Source: Alphaproteobacteria bacterium (lineage in GTDB: Bacteria > Pseudomonadota > Alphaproteobacteria > RF32 > CAG-239). Taken from it: DNA of 64,000 nt. The DNA is taken from contig CAAGHP010000020.1 in the NCBI GenBank assembly GCA_900769705.1, forward strand, positions 7,600 to 71,599. Direction: 5' to 3'. How positions within the stretch are numbered: the first letter of the stretch is position 1; each line of letters begins with the position of its first letter. Below, one piece after another: positions 38,155 through 47,941 of the stretch. A program made the position numbers and the translations under genes. Below the pieces are notes generated by a model that saw only the letters and a program-made list of their open reading frames with translations, did not search any database and was not told the DNA's origin.

Positions 38155-39159
38155 ATGAATAAAATTGCCATTGTTGGTGTAAATAACAGTTTAGGTCGTG
38201 AAATATTAAATATTTTGGAAGAAAACGGTACTCCTGCCGACAACATTTTTGCCGTAGACACAAACAGCCCGCTCGGTACGCAGGTCTCTTATGGAGAAGA
38301 TGTGGATATGGATGTCTGGAATTTAGATGATTTTGATTTTTCATCTGTAAAAATTGCCGTGTTTGCCACTTCGGAAGAAATTGCTAAACGCTACATTCCG
38401 CACGCCTCCGCTAAAAAGGTAATGGTGATAGATTGCTCCACCGCCCACACCGCAGATTCTGACGTTCCGCTGATTATTGCCGGATTAAATGATGAAAAAA
38501 TAGCCGAGGCTAAAAAAGGCATTATCGCTGTTCCATCGCCGCAGGTAACGCAAATTATGATTCCGTTGCAAAAAGTAGCTGAAAATCATAAAATTAAACG
38601 CTTTGTAATCAATACTTATATGGCTGCATCAATTTACGGTCGCGAAGCTATGGACGAGCTTTTTGCCCAAACCCGCAAAATTTTTATGAACGAACCTATT
38701 GTTGACGATGAAAAAATTTTCCATAAGCAAATTGCGTTTAACGTATTGCCGCAGGTCGGCGAATTTATCGGCGATGAAACAAAATATGAATGGGCTGCCA
38801 ATGTTGAAATTAAAAAGATTTTGGGCGGCGATATAAAAGTTCATGCTAACTGCGCCGTTATTCCGGCTTTTATCGGCATCGGCGAATTTATAAATGTTGA
38901 ATGCGAAGATGATGTGGATATTGATCAGATTCGCAACCAAATGCGCAGCACCAAAGGCGTGGTAGTGTTTGACAAGCACGTTGACTGCGGCTATGTTTCC
39001 ATTAACGATGTTCAAGGTGAAAATGACATTTATGTAAGCCGCCTGCGCCAGGATGTATCTGTAGAAAACGGTTTCAGTTTTTGGTGCGTTGCAGATGATT
39101 TACGTGCCGGAACGGCTCAAAACGCTTACAATATTTTAAAAATTCTGTTTAAAAAATAA
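38155..39159 (+). CDS. Aspartate-semialdehyde dehydrogenase homologue lacking the catalytic residues (probable pseudoenzyme)
   Basis: Start at MNKIAIVG (GAGG RBS). The protein is collinear with alphaproteobacterial Asd (MDELFAQTR, QIAFNVLPQ, YVSRLRQD..ENGFSFWCVADDLRAGTAQNA). However GATGxVG is GVNNSLG, NPNCST is VPSPQVT, SGAG is SIYG and FIGHSE is FIGIGE. Confidence 0.8.
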   Translation: MNKIAIVGVNNSLGREILNILEENGTPADNIFAVDTNSPLGTQVSYGEDVDMDVWNLDDFDFSSVKIAVFATSEEIAKRYIPHASAKKVMVIDCSTAHTADSDVPLIIAGLNDEKIAEAKKGIIAVPSPQVTQIMIPLQKVAENHKIKRFVINTYMAASIYGREAMDELFAQTRKIFMNEPIVDDEKIFHKQIAFNVLPQVGEFIGDETKYEWAANVEIKKILGGDIKVHANCAVIPAFIGIGEFINVECEDDVDIDQIRNQMRSTKGVVVFDKHVDCGYVSINDVQGENDIYVSRLRQDVSVENGFSFWCVADDLRAGTAQNAYNILKILFKK

Positions 39160-39168
39160 GGAAAATCC

Positions 39169-41595
39169 ATGGTTAAATTTTTTAAAGCTCTGTTTATTGT
39201 CTTTTTTACCGCGTTGCTGTTTGCCGGCAATCTGCAAGCTGCAGACGGCGCGGATTCTAAAAACTCCATAGACTTTAACAAAATCAATAAAAAGCTGGAG
39301 CAAATTGACAATGCGCTGAAAGGCGAAAATTTAACTGAAGAAAATATCAACAGCTATGTCAGCTATTTGGGTGAACAGGAAGCACAAATCAGCGCTACCC
39401 GCAAGGATTTAGATAAGGATATAAAATATATCCAAAAACAGCTTGATGCCTTGGGTGAACCTAAAGATGGCGCAGCCGAAGACAAGGTTATAACCAAACA
39501 GCGCGACAGCCTGACCAAAGAACTGACAGCCGAAGACCGCGTGCTTAAAGAGGCTGATTTGCTGATTGTCCGGATTGAAGATTTAACCACACAGGTTTTA
39601 AATGCCCGCAGCAAGCGTGTTTACGGCGATTTAATAACCAAGCAATCGGCGCTGATTAACCCAATGGTTTTCTTTAACAGCCTGAAGCTTTACGCCATTT
39701 TCTTTTGGAATATAACAAAATCGCCGGTTGACTGGTATCAAAGCATTCCGGCCGAAGACCGCAGCTACACCATTCTCAGTATTGTTTCCATGGCGCTGAT
39801 TTTGATTGCCGCTCTGGCTGTTGCCATTATTTTGCGTAAATATATTCTGACGCATTGGGGTTATAAAGACGATATCGAGCTGCCGCACTTCAGTCGCAAA
39901 GTAGTTGCAGCCATCGCTGTAGCTATCGCCCGCGGATTGATTCCGGACGCTTTCGTCGGCGCCTGCATGATTTGGATGGTCAGCACAAAAATTTTTGGCG
40001 ACAGTTTGCTGGGACATGTTTTAATGATAAGCGGTTTCGCCTCGTTTTTAGCGATTATTGAGGCAACTATTTCCCGTGTGACTTTTGCGCCGAACCACCC
40101 TCAATGGAGACTGTTTAACATTCCCAACGACCAAGCTTTACGTTTCACCAGAGTAATATTTTTATTTATCATCTGTAACGCCATCGCTCTCATACAGGTT
40201 GTTGTTGCCCAAAAGGCAAAATACTCCATTGACACCATACATTTTTTGACAATGATTTCCTGTGCGGTTAAGGCGTTTTTCCTGATTTGGATAATCAAAA
40301 TCGCCGTAGATTCATATCGCGAAAGAAAAGGAATCAACACCGAAAATATTGAAGAAAATGAAGAAGAAAACGATTCGCTGGACAGCGGATTTAAGATTAT
40401 GGTTGCCAGCAATCTGCTGTTAGCCACCGCTTTCGGCTTGTCTTTAGTCGGCTATCCGGAACTTTCTTCCTTTATTTTGCGCAACCTTATTTTATCTATG
40501 GTAATTTTTGGTATTTTTGAACTTTTCCGCCATGCTTTTATAGATATCCTAAAGCGCCTTATTTTGGCAAGTCCCTGGATGAAATCCATCCGCATCACCA
40601 AACGCAACATCAGTAAGATAGAATTTTGGCTGACTTCTTTTATTAACCCGATTTTGATATTGGCTCTTATTTTTATTTTATTAAATCTGTGGGGATTACC
40701 TGGTGATTTTATGCTACAAATGGGCAAAAAACTATTGTTTGGTTTCAAAATCGGCGGCGTGCAGATTTCCTTAATCGCCATTGCTTTTGGTATTTTAGTG
40801 TTCTTTGTATCTTTGACTGTAGTTAAAATCATCAAAAAGCATTTAGCCGCTAATGTCTTTAACAATATGGATATTGACGACGGCATTAAGCACTCGCTGA
40901 TTTCCGGAATCAGCTTTGTCGGTTTCATTATATCGTGTTTGTTGGCTATTATCGCCGTCGGTGTTGACTTAACCAACCTCGCCTTCATCGCCGGTGCTTT
41001 GTCAGTCGGTATCGGTTTTGGTCTGCAAGATGTTATTAAAAACCTAGTATCCGGTATCATCATTTTGTTTGAGCGTCCGTTTAAGGTTGGCGACTGGGTA
41101 ATTATGAACGGTACAGAAGGTAAAATTAAGCAAATTAACATCCGCTCTACCGAAATGGAAAGTTTTAACCGCACCAGCGTGATTGTGCCAAACGCCACCC
41201 TACTTTCTAGCTCTATTGTCAACCTTACCCACGGCGACAATATCTCGCGCCAAAGCATTTCCGTTGGAGTGGCTTATGGTTCTGATGTGGAAAAAGTGCG
41301 TAAAATTTTGCTTGAATGTGCGCTTGCTCATAAATATGTGATGAAAAATCCGGCGCCTTATGTGCTGTTCAAAGACTTTGCCGACAGCAGTTTGAACTTT
41401 GAATTGCGCTGTTACACCAATGATATTTGGAAAGGCTGGATTGTGCCAAGCGATTTGCGTTTTGCCATTAACAAACGCTTTATTGAAGAAGGCATAGAAA
41501 TACCATTTCCGCAGATTGTGGTTCACTCCGGTGAAAAAGTGGCACAAGAAAATCAGTTCTACGCCCTCAAAAAAGGTGAAACAGAACAAAGTTAA
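39169..41595 (+). CDS. Large mechanosensitive channel, MscS family (MscK/KefA-like)
   Basis: 808 aa: signal peptide, a coiled-coil periplasmic domain, about 11 TM helices, and a C-terminal MscS core GFGLQDVIKNLVSGIIILFERPFKVGDWV. Confidence 0.88.
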   Translation: MVKFFKALFIVFFTALLFAGNLQAADGADSKNSIDFNKINKKLEQIDNALKGENLTEENINSYVSYLGEQEAQISATRKDLDKDIKYIQKQLDALGEPKDGAAEDKVITKQRDSLTKELTAEDRVLKEADLLIVRIEDLTTQVLNARSKRVYGDLITKQSALINPMVFFNSLKLYAIFFWNITKSPVDWYQSIPAEDRSYTILSIVSMALILIAALAVAIILRKYILTHWGYKDDIELPHFSRKVVAAIAVAIARGLIPDAFVGACMIWMVSTKIFGDSLLGHVLMISGFASFLAIIEATISRVTFAPNHPQWRLFNIPNDQALRFTRVIFLFIICNAIALIQVVVAQKAKYSIDTIHFLTMISCAVKAFFLIWIIKIAVDSYRERKGINTENIEENEEENDSLDSGFKIMVASNLLLATAFGLSLVGYPELSSFILRNLILSMVIFGIFELFRHAFIDILKRLILASPWMKSIRITKRNISKIEFWLTSFINPILILALIFILLNLWGLPGDFMLQMGKKLLFGFKIGGVQISLIAIAFGILVFFVSLTVVKIIKKHLAANVFNNMDIDDGIKHSLISGISFVGFIISCLLAIIAVGVDLTNLAFIAGALSVGIGFGLQDVIKNLVSGIIILFERPFKVGDWVIMNGTEGKIKQINIRSTEMESFNRTSVIVPNATLLSSSIVNLTHGDNISRQSISVGVAYGSDVEKVRKILLECALAHKYVMKNPAPYVLFKDFADSSLNFELRCYTNDIWKGWIVPSDLRFAINKRFIEEGIEIPFPQIVVHSGEKVAQENQFYALKKGETEQS

Positions 41596-41638
41596 TACTT
41601 GCAAAATAAGCAAAACTGCTTTATGTATTATTGTGTTT

Positions 41639-41714
41639 GCCGGTTTAGCTCAGGTGGTAGAGCAACGCATTCGTAATGCGTGGGTCGTGTGTTCGAGTCA
41701 CATAACCGGCACCA
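41639..41714 (+). tRNA. tRNA-Thr (anticodon CGU)
   Basis: Hand-folded. Acceptor GCCGGTT/AACCGGC, D arm GCTC-AGGTGGTA-GAGC, anticodon stem ACGCA/TGCGT with loop TTCGTAA, T arm GTGTG-TTCGAGT-CACAT, encoded CCA. Confidence 0.93.
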
Positions 41715-42093
41715 TTCTTTTCAAAGGGTTAGGGCAAAATCTAGCCCCATTTTTTATAAAAATGTGTCAAAAACATCTCCAGCATCATTTTTACATAAAT
41801 CTTTGCAAGTCCTTAAGTTCGCTAAAAGAAAGTCCTACATAGATTTACCGCCCTCAATAGAGCGTTTGAAAGAGGACAAGTAGAAAAGAGATACTTTCAC
41901 GGACTTAGAACTGTCTGAAATAATGACTACAACCCAGCAGAGAATTGAAGAGCCTCAAACCGCAAAATCAAGTATGGCCGGATACATTCTTATATTGTTT
42001 CCCAAAGAATCCTCTATATAATTTAAGAAAAATTTTATAATTAAAAAAGGAGCAGAAAATTTATCCTACCCCTTTTTAATACTGGATTAAATT

Positions 42094-43281
42094 TTATTTA
42101 TGCAAAGCTAAGCGCATCGTATCCTGAGCAATAACCAATTCTTCATCAGTCGGAATAACAAAAACCTTAACTTTTGAATCCGGTGTGGAAATCATAATCT
42201 CTGTTGCGTGCTTTTTGTTATTCTCATAGTCCGGCTTAATGCCTAAGTAAGACAAATGTTCCATAACCAACTGGCGGATAATAACCCCGTGTTCGCCGAC
42301 ACCGGCCGTAAACACAATGGCATCAACTCCGCCCAAAACAGCAATGTAAGCGCCGATGTATTTCAGCAAAGCGTGAACATAAGTTTTGGTGGCAAGAATA
42401 CATTTTTCGTTGCCGCTTAAATATCCGGCTTCAATATCGCGGTTGTCGGAATATCCGCACAAAGCCAGCATGCCGCTTTGCTTGTTCATCATTTCATTGA
42501 CTTCATGAGCGCTTAAGCCGTCTTTCTTTTCAATATAAAGCGGAATATAAGGGTCAATATCGCCGCAGCGTGTACCCATAATCGTACCGGCCAGCGGAGT
42601 AAAACCCATTGATGTATCCACGCATACGCCGTTGTCAATAGCGGAAATAGACGCACCATTGCCCATGTGGCAGGTAATGATTTTACCTTTTTTGCCAATC
42701 AATTCAGCACAGCGTTCCGAAACGTATTTATGTGAAGTGCCGTGAAAGCCGTAGCGGCGGATTTTGTTGCGCACATATTGATCTTCGGGCAAAGCATAAC
42801 GATAAGCTTCCGGTGGCATGGTTTGATGAAATGAGGTGTCAAATACTGCAACTTGCGGAATATCCGGCAAAGCAGCTTTAACAGCCTTAATACCCAGCAC
42901 GTGAGCCGGATTATGTAATGGCGCTAAATCCGATAAACCGGCAATTTGTTCTATAACTTCATCAGTAATTAAAACCGAACCTTTGAATATATCGCCGCCT
43001 TGCACAATGCGGTGACCAACAGCGCTTAGTTCTTCCAAATTTTGCAAAGCTCCGTTCAGCAGGCATTTCAAAACATCTTTAATGGCTTCGGCATGAGTAG
43101 GCATACTTATCAGTTCTTCTTTTTTATCAGAACCTGTATGCTGATATTTTAGAATTGAGTTAGCTTGTCCGATACGCTCGGCAATACCTTTGGAAACAAC
43201 ATTATAATTTCCGTTATCAACGTTATATAGCTGAAATTTAAGAGAAGATGAACCGCAGTTTATAACTAAAATTTTTTCCAT
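42094..43281 (-). CDS. ackA: Acetate kinase
   Basis: LVINCGSSSLKF, RRYGFHGTSH, TCHMGNGASI. Confidence 0.96.
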   Translation of the reverse strand: MEKILVINCGSSSLKFQLYNVDNGNYNVVSKGIAERIGQANSILKYQHTGSDKKEELISMPTHAEAIKDVLKCLLNGALQNLEELSAVGHRIVQGGDIFKGSVLITDEVIEQIAGLSDLAPLHNPAHVLGIKAVKAALPDIPQVAVFDTSFHQTMPPEAYRYALPEDQYVRNKIRRYGFHGTSHKYVSERCAELIGKKGKIITCHMGNGASISAIDNGVCVDTSMGFTPLAGTIMGTRCGDIDPYIPLYIEKKDGLSAHEVNEMMNKQSGMLALCGYSDNRDIEAGYLSGNEKCILATKTYVHALLKYIGAYIAVLGGVDAIVFTAGVGEHGVIIRQLVMEHLSYLGIKPDYENNKKHATEIMISTPDSKVKVFVIPTDEELVIAQDTMRLALHK

Positions 43282-43292
43282 AGCTTAATCCT

Positions 43293-44297
43293 TTATTTTT
43301 GAGCTTGAATACATGTAATGGCGATAGCACCGACAATGTCTTCAGCGAAGCAGCCGCGCGACAAATCATTAACCGGAGCATTTAAGCCCTGTAAAATCGG
43401 ACCGTAAGCTTCACATCCGCCCAAACGCTGCAGTAATTTGTAACCGATGTTTCCGGCTTCCAAATTCGGGAAAATCAAAACGCGTGCATGACCGGCAACA
43501 TGGCTGTTTGGAGCTTTTTTGGCGGCAACAACCGAATCAAGAGCGGCATCGGCTTGCAGTTCGCCGTCAACTTCTATGCCCAAATTTTTATATTCATCGG
43601 TAAGTATTGCTTCTTGCACCATTTTGGTAGCACGCACCACTTTATCTACACTATCGCCTTTGCCGGAACCTTTAGTGGAATATGAAAGCATGGCGATAGA
43701 CGGCTCAATACCGAAATGGATGGCTGTTTCCGCCGCATTCAAAGCAATATCTGCCAATTCTTTATCGGTCGGTTCAATGATAATGCCGCAGTCAGACAAA
43801 ACATAAGGCTTGTCGTTAGAAAGTATGATAAAGAAAGAAGAAACGCTGCTGCCTTTTTTAGCTGATTTAATAATCTGCAGCGCCGGACGCACGGTGTCGG
43901 CGGTAGAGTGATTGGCGCCGGAAACCATACCGTCAGCATGACCTGATTTTATCATCAATGTTCCAAAATAGTTATAGTTCAAAGCAAGTTTGGCGGCATC
44001 TTCATGGCTCAGACCTTTTTCTTTGCGCAAATTATACAGCAATTCGGTATATTCCGGCAAACGAGAATCTTCTTCAGGCTTTACTAATTCAATATCCGTC
44101 AAATCCCAGCCTTTTTCAGCATAAAAAGCTTTTATTTCGGCAGTATCACCCAAAATAATCACCTTTGCCGCTTTTTCAGCCGTAATTAAATGTGCGGCGG
44201 TTAAAACACGCTCATCTTCGCCTTCCGGAAGAACAATAGTTTTCAAGTCTTTTTTTGCCCGTTCCAGCAGGCTTTTGATGTATGTGCTTTTTATCAT
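43293..44297 (-). CDS. pta: Phosphate acetyltransferase (short, PTA-domain-only form)
   Basis: 334 aa; IVLPEGEDERVL and GPILQGLNAPVNDLSRG; directly upstream of ackA. Confidence 0.93.
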   Translation of the reverse strand: MIKSTYIKSLLERAKKDLKTIVLPEGEDERVLTAAHLITAEKAAKVIILGDTAEIKAFYAEKGWDLTDIELVKPEEDSRLPEYTELLYNLRKEKGLSHEDAAKLALNYNYFGTLMIKSGHADGMVSGANHSTADTVRPALQIIKSAKKGSSVSSFFIILSNDKPYVLSDCGIIIEPTDKELADIALNAAETAIHFGIEPSIAMLSYSTKGSGKGDSVDKVVRATKMVQEAILTDEYKNLGIEVDGELQADAALDSVVAAKKAPNSHVAGHARVLIFPNLEAGNIGYKLLQRLGGCEAYGPILQGLNAPVNDLSRGCFAEDIVGAIAITCIQAQK

Positions 44298-44441
44298 AGC
44301 AAACGTCCTTATATATGTTAAAAATAAATTATTCTTACTTAACCGCGCATTTTTTAAAATTAAATTAAAATGTTTGATAAAAGTTTTGCTTTTTTAATTA
44401 AGCTATACTATTTTAAGAAAAAAGACTCAAGGAGAATTTTT

Positions 44442-45479
44442 ATGAAAAAGACAATGGTTTGGGTTATAGCGATGCTGATGGCCTTTCCGGCATTGGCAAA
44501 AGTAAGTTTTGAAGCACAGATTCCGGTTGAAGTGGAAGCTGAAAATTCGGTAAAAGCCAAAGACAAAGCCATGCAAGAAGCACAGCGTCAGGGCTTTTTG
44601 GAAGTAGCCGGACGTCTGCTGACCGTTCCCGAAAACATCGAAAACTTAAAAAGCTTGAGCGATGATGAGATACTGCACTTTATACAGGCTATCAGCGTGG
44701 CCGATGAAAAAGCCGGCGGTACAAAGTATAAGGCTGTTTTAACGGTGCAGATAAATGAGCCGCTTTTGAAAGATTATTTAGCCGAAAACAATATGATAGA
44801 CGCAGAAACAACCCGTCTTCTGGTTATTCCGGTATATAAAGAAATACCGCGCACGGCGCCGCAGCTTTGGGAAAACACAAATGTCTGGCGGACATCATGG
44901 CGCACCAAAGGTCTTATTAAATTCGGTACCATGGAAGTGCAAACTGCTGATGCCAGATTTCAAGATATAGAAAATTTATCGGCCGAAAATGCCCTTTATA
45001 TGGATTCTACATTATATAACACTATCTCCGAGCGTTTCGGTTCGGACAGAGTTTATGTCATTTATGCCGAAACCCAAGAAAACGGCGATTTAAAGGTAAC
45101 TGTTAAAAATGAAAAAAATAAAAGTGAAAACAGTTTTTCGGTCTATAATGACAGCGAGGGCAATTTGTTTGACAAAGCCGTTGAAAAAAGCGTGATGTTT
45201 ATTTCTAATATGGAACGAGAAGCCGAAAACAGCAACGGAACTGTTGCTAACGGTATGTTGAATGCTGTTTATGAATATGGCAATATAAAAGACTGGCTGA
45301 CTAAAAACGCAGCAATTACCGCATTGCCGCAAGTTGACAATATTGATACCAAAAGTTTAGGCGGCGGGAAAGTAAGCTTTACCATCAATTATAATGGTTC
45401 TTTGGACGATTTGCTTAATGCTTTTCAAGAACTGGGCTTAAGCTATGAAAATAATGATAATTACTACATTTTAAGGTAA
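44442..45479 (+). CDS. Secreted hypothetical protein, possibly DUF2066-like
   Basis: Start at MKKTMVWVIAMLMAFPALA (GGAG RBS, signal peptide). The N-terminal region resembles DUF2066, and it is followed by an AI-2E permease gene, a pairing I recall from other Proteobacteria (not verified). Confidence 0.5.
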   Translation: MKKTMVWVIAMLMAFPALAKVSFEAQIPVEVEAENSVKAKDKAMQEAQRQGFLEVAGRLLTVPENIENLKSLSDDEILHFIQAISVADEKAGGTKYKAVLTVQINEPLLKDYLAENNMIDAETTRLLVIPVYKEIPRTAPQLWENTNVWRTSWRTKGLIKFGTMEVQTADARFQDIENLSAENALYMDSTLYNTISERFGSDRVYVIYAETQENGDLKVTVKNEKNKSENSFSVYNDSEGNLFDKAVEKSVMFISNMEREAENSNGTVANGMLNAVYEYGNIKDWLTKNAAITALPQVDNIDTKSLGGGKVSFTINYNGSLDDLLNAFQELGLSYENNDNYYILR

Positions 45480-45485
45480 GAAATA

Positions 45486-46553
45486 ATGACTAGAAAGAAT
45501 ATTGATAATCAGCGATATATGCTGTTTTTGTGTGTATTTTTGATTTGCGGTGGATTTTTGTATGTTCTGCGCTCGGTATTGCTACCATTTGTGGTCGGTA
45601 TTGTTTTAGCCTATTTTTTAGATCCGCTGGTCAGCAAAGTTTCTAAAACCGGCAGCACATCGCGCACGGTTGCCGCCACTATCGTTATGGGCATATCATT
45701 GCTGATTTTGTTGCCGCTACTGATTTTGCTTTGCAGCGCCGTATTTTCTCAAGCAGCAGAATATGCAGCCAAATTACCAGAATATGCTCATTTGTTTGCT
45801 CAGCGGCTACTGCCGGTTTTAGGCGAAATAAAAGAACGTTTCGGCTTTAATTACGGCAATGTAGAAAATGTATTGCAAGAAAATATGGCAAACTATCTGA
45901 AGATTTTCGGTAAAGTTCTGCAAAGCCTTATTTCTAATGGATTTGCCTTTATCAACATAATATCTTTGCTGCTGATCTCTCCGGTAGTAGCATTTTACAT
46001 GCTGCGCGATTGGCATAAATTCACAGCCAAAATTCAAGGCTTGATTCCGCAAAAGCATAAACAAACCGTACTTGACGGCATGCAACAGGTCAGTCGCATT
46101 ATTTCAGGTTATTTGAGAGGCCAAGCCTTGGTTTGTCTGTGTCTTGGCAGTTACTATTCTTTCGGATTATGGCTGGTTGGCTTAGAAATGGGTGTGGTTG
46201 TCGGTTTTCTGGCCGGTATTATCTCATTTATTCCGTATGTCGGCAGTATTTCCGGATTTTTGATGGCTATGGCGCTGGTAATAACTCAGTACGGTACTTT
46301 GCCTAAAATTATTGCCGTCTTAGTGGTGTTTGGTATCGGACAATTTGTAGAAGGCAACTTTTTAACCCCTAAACTGGTCGGTGAAAATATCGGTTTGCAT
46401 CCGGTGTGGGTTATGTTTGCTTTATTGGCCGGAGGCGTACTGCTGGGATTGCTCGGAATGATAATAGCCGTACCTTGCGCCGCAATTATCGGCGTATTGC
46501 TGAAATACCTTATTAAAAATTACAAGCAAAGCCCTATGTATTTGGATAATTAA
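45486..46553 (+). CDS. AI-2E family (PerM/UPF0118) transporter
   Basis: 355 aa, 7-8 TM helices, with the typical C-terminal GxxGxxxAVP segment (LLGMIIAVPCAAI). Confidence 0.8.
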   Translation: MTRKNIDNQRYMLFLCVFLICGGFLYVLRSVLLPFVVGIVLAYFLDPLVSKVSKTGSTSRTVAATIVMGISLLILLPLLILLCSAVFSQAAEYAAKLPEYAHLFAQRLLPVLGEIKERFGFNYGNVENVLQENMANYLKIFGKVLQSLISNGFAFINIISLLLISPVVAFYMLRDWHKFTAKIQGLIPQKHKQTVLDGMQQVSRIISGYLRGQALVCLCLGSYYSFGLWLVGLEMGVVVGFLAGIISFIPYVGSISGFLMAMALVITQYGTLPKIIAVLVVFGIGQFVEGNFLTPKLVGENIGLHPVWVMFALLAGGVLLGLLGMIIAVPCAAIIGVLLKYLIKNYKQSPMYLDN

Positions 46554-47419
46554 AGACCTCGGCCTTTTTCACGGATATGCAGATGCTTTAAGATGTTATT
46601 AGCTACATCTTCTTGATGTGCTGCTTCATTGGCATAAAAATCTACAGCCTCAAAATCCTGCTTTACGGCAGAAAGATAGCCTAATTCTTCATAGATATCG
46701 GCTTTTTCGCGGCAAGTTCTTAATCTACCGAAGCCGCAGCGTTTTATACTTTCAAGCCGCTGTTGCAATAATTCGGCACGGTCTTCCGGTGCTAGGCTTT
46801 CTTTTAGTTTTTCATCAATGGCGGTAATTTTCTGACGGGCGGCAGCAACACGCTGTTGTTTTTTTTCTTCGGCAGATTGCTTTTTCAGTTCTATACCTTC
46901 TTGTCTATCCGGATAGTCATTATCCGAAAGCTTGTGCTTTACTGCTGATAAAAGCCTATGTTTCAGGCTATATAACACACCGAAAGAATGCTGTTTAATC
47001 AGTATAGCGGCATGCTTCAAATCAGAAATATGATTTTTGTTTAGTAAAGAGATTTTTTTATCAATAACATTCAAATAAAGCGTATTGCCTTCAATGTATT
47101 TTTCGTGTCCTATTAAAACTAAGTCATACATTTTTATACGTACGGCGCGCGGCAGATTTTTATTATCTGCCAGCTGTTCATAATCGTCTATCTGTTTTTT
47201 ATCGCTTTCTGTACCGTCTCTATCTTCGTCCTCTGATATCAATTCAATAATACCATTAGTAGCAGTATCCAACTGCTGATACGGTTTGAATTCTTCTTCA
47301 GATAAATTATTTTTAAGTTTACGCAGAGCAATAGCCGACAAATCATGCCCTTTAACATCGTATCTTTCAAAAAAGCGATGTTTTAAATAATCGGCAATCA
47401 AAGTCTTTTTCGCGGCCAT
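46550..47419 (-). CDS. Hypothetical protein (coiled-coil rich)
   Basis: 289-aa ORF starting 1 nt after the GNAT gene stop. No motif recognised. Confidence 0.55.
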   Translation of the reverse strand: MAAKKTLIADYLKHRFFERYDVKGHDLSAIALRKLKNNLSEEEFKPYQQLDTATNGIIELISEDEDRDGTESDKKQIDDYEQLADNKNLPRAVRIKMYDLVLIGHEKYIEGNTLYLNVIDKKISLLNKNHISDLKHAAILIKQHSFGVLYSLKHRLLSAVKHKLSDNDYPDRQEGIELKKQSAEEKKQQRVAAARQKITAIDEKLKESLAPEDRAELLQQRLESIKRCGFGRLRTCREKADIYEELGYLSAVKQDFEAVDFYANEAAHQEDVANNILKHLHIREKGRGL

Positions 47420-47420
47420 A

Positions 47421-47858
47421 TTATAAATCCTTAACCATTTTCAAAAACGTTATACCTTGCTCATCAAAAACATCGCCCTCAGCATGATAGCCAAGCTTTT
47501 CATAAAAACCGACAACCGAAAGCATGGCATGCATGATAATTTTACTGTATCCGGCTTCTTTTGCCCGTTTTTCGGCATATTTAACCAATTCACGGCCGAT
47601 ACCTTCTCCGCGGTAAACCGTATCCACGGCAACTTGCATCAATCGGATTTTTTCATTATCCAGCGGAGCCAAAATCAACCCGCCGACCAGCTTGTCATCA
47701 AGCTGCTCAACACACCCTATATGCAAATAATTAGCTTCTTTATTGCGAAAAGAGTCTAAAAATTTCAGACCTAGCGGCTCCAGCAAAATTTTATAGCGAA
47801 GCTCAACCAATTCATTATAGCGGGAAGAACCGAAATCAATATCAATCATTTTACGCAT
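47421..47858 (-). CDS. GNAT family N-acetyltransferase
   Basis: Acetyl-CoA motif A: VAVDTVYRGEGIGRELVKYAEKRAKEAG. Confidence 0.85.
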   Translation of the reverse strand: MRKMIDIDFGSSRYNELVELRYKILLEPLGLKFLDSFRNKEANYLHIGCVEQLDDKLVGGLILAPLDNEKIRLMQVAVDTVYRGEGIGRELVKYAEKRAKEAGYSKIIMHAMLSVVGFYEKLGYHAEGDVFDEQGITFLKMVKDL

Positions 47859-47941
47859 CAGATAAACTCCTTAATATTTACTTAATTAAAGCATATTTTT
47901 AAACGCTTGACAATATCTATATTGTAAAAACCTTTAATTGT

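Noticed and set aside
40452-41258. 268-aa minus-strand ORF (plus 137-aa and 128-aa ones nearby) inside the MscK-like gene.
   Set aside because: They are antisense to a gene with a clear MscS core motif and show no independent signals. I treat them as shadow ORFs.
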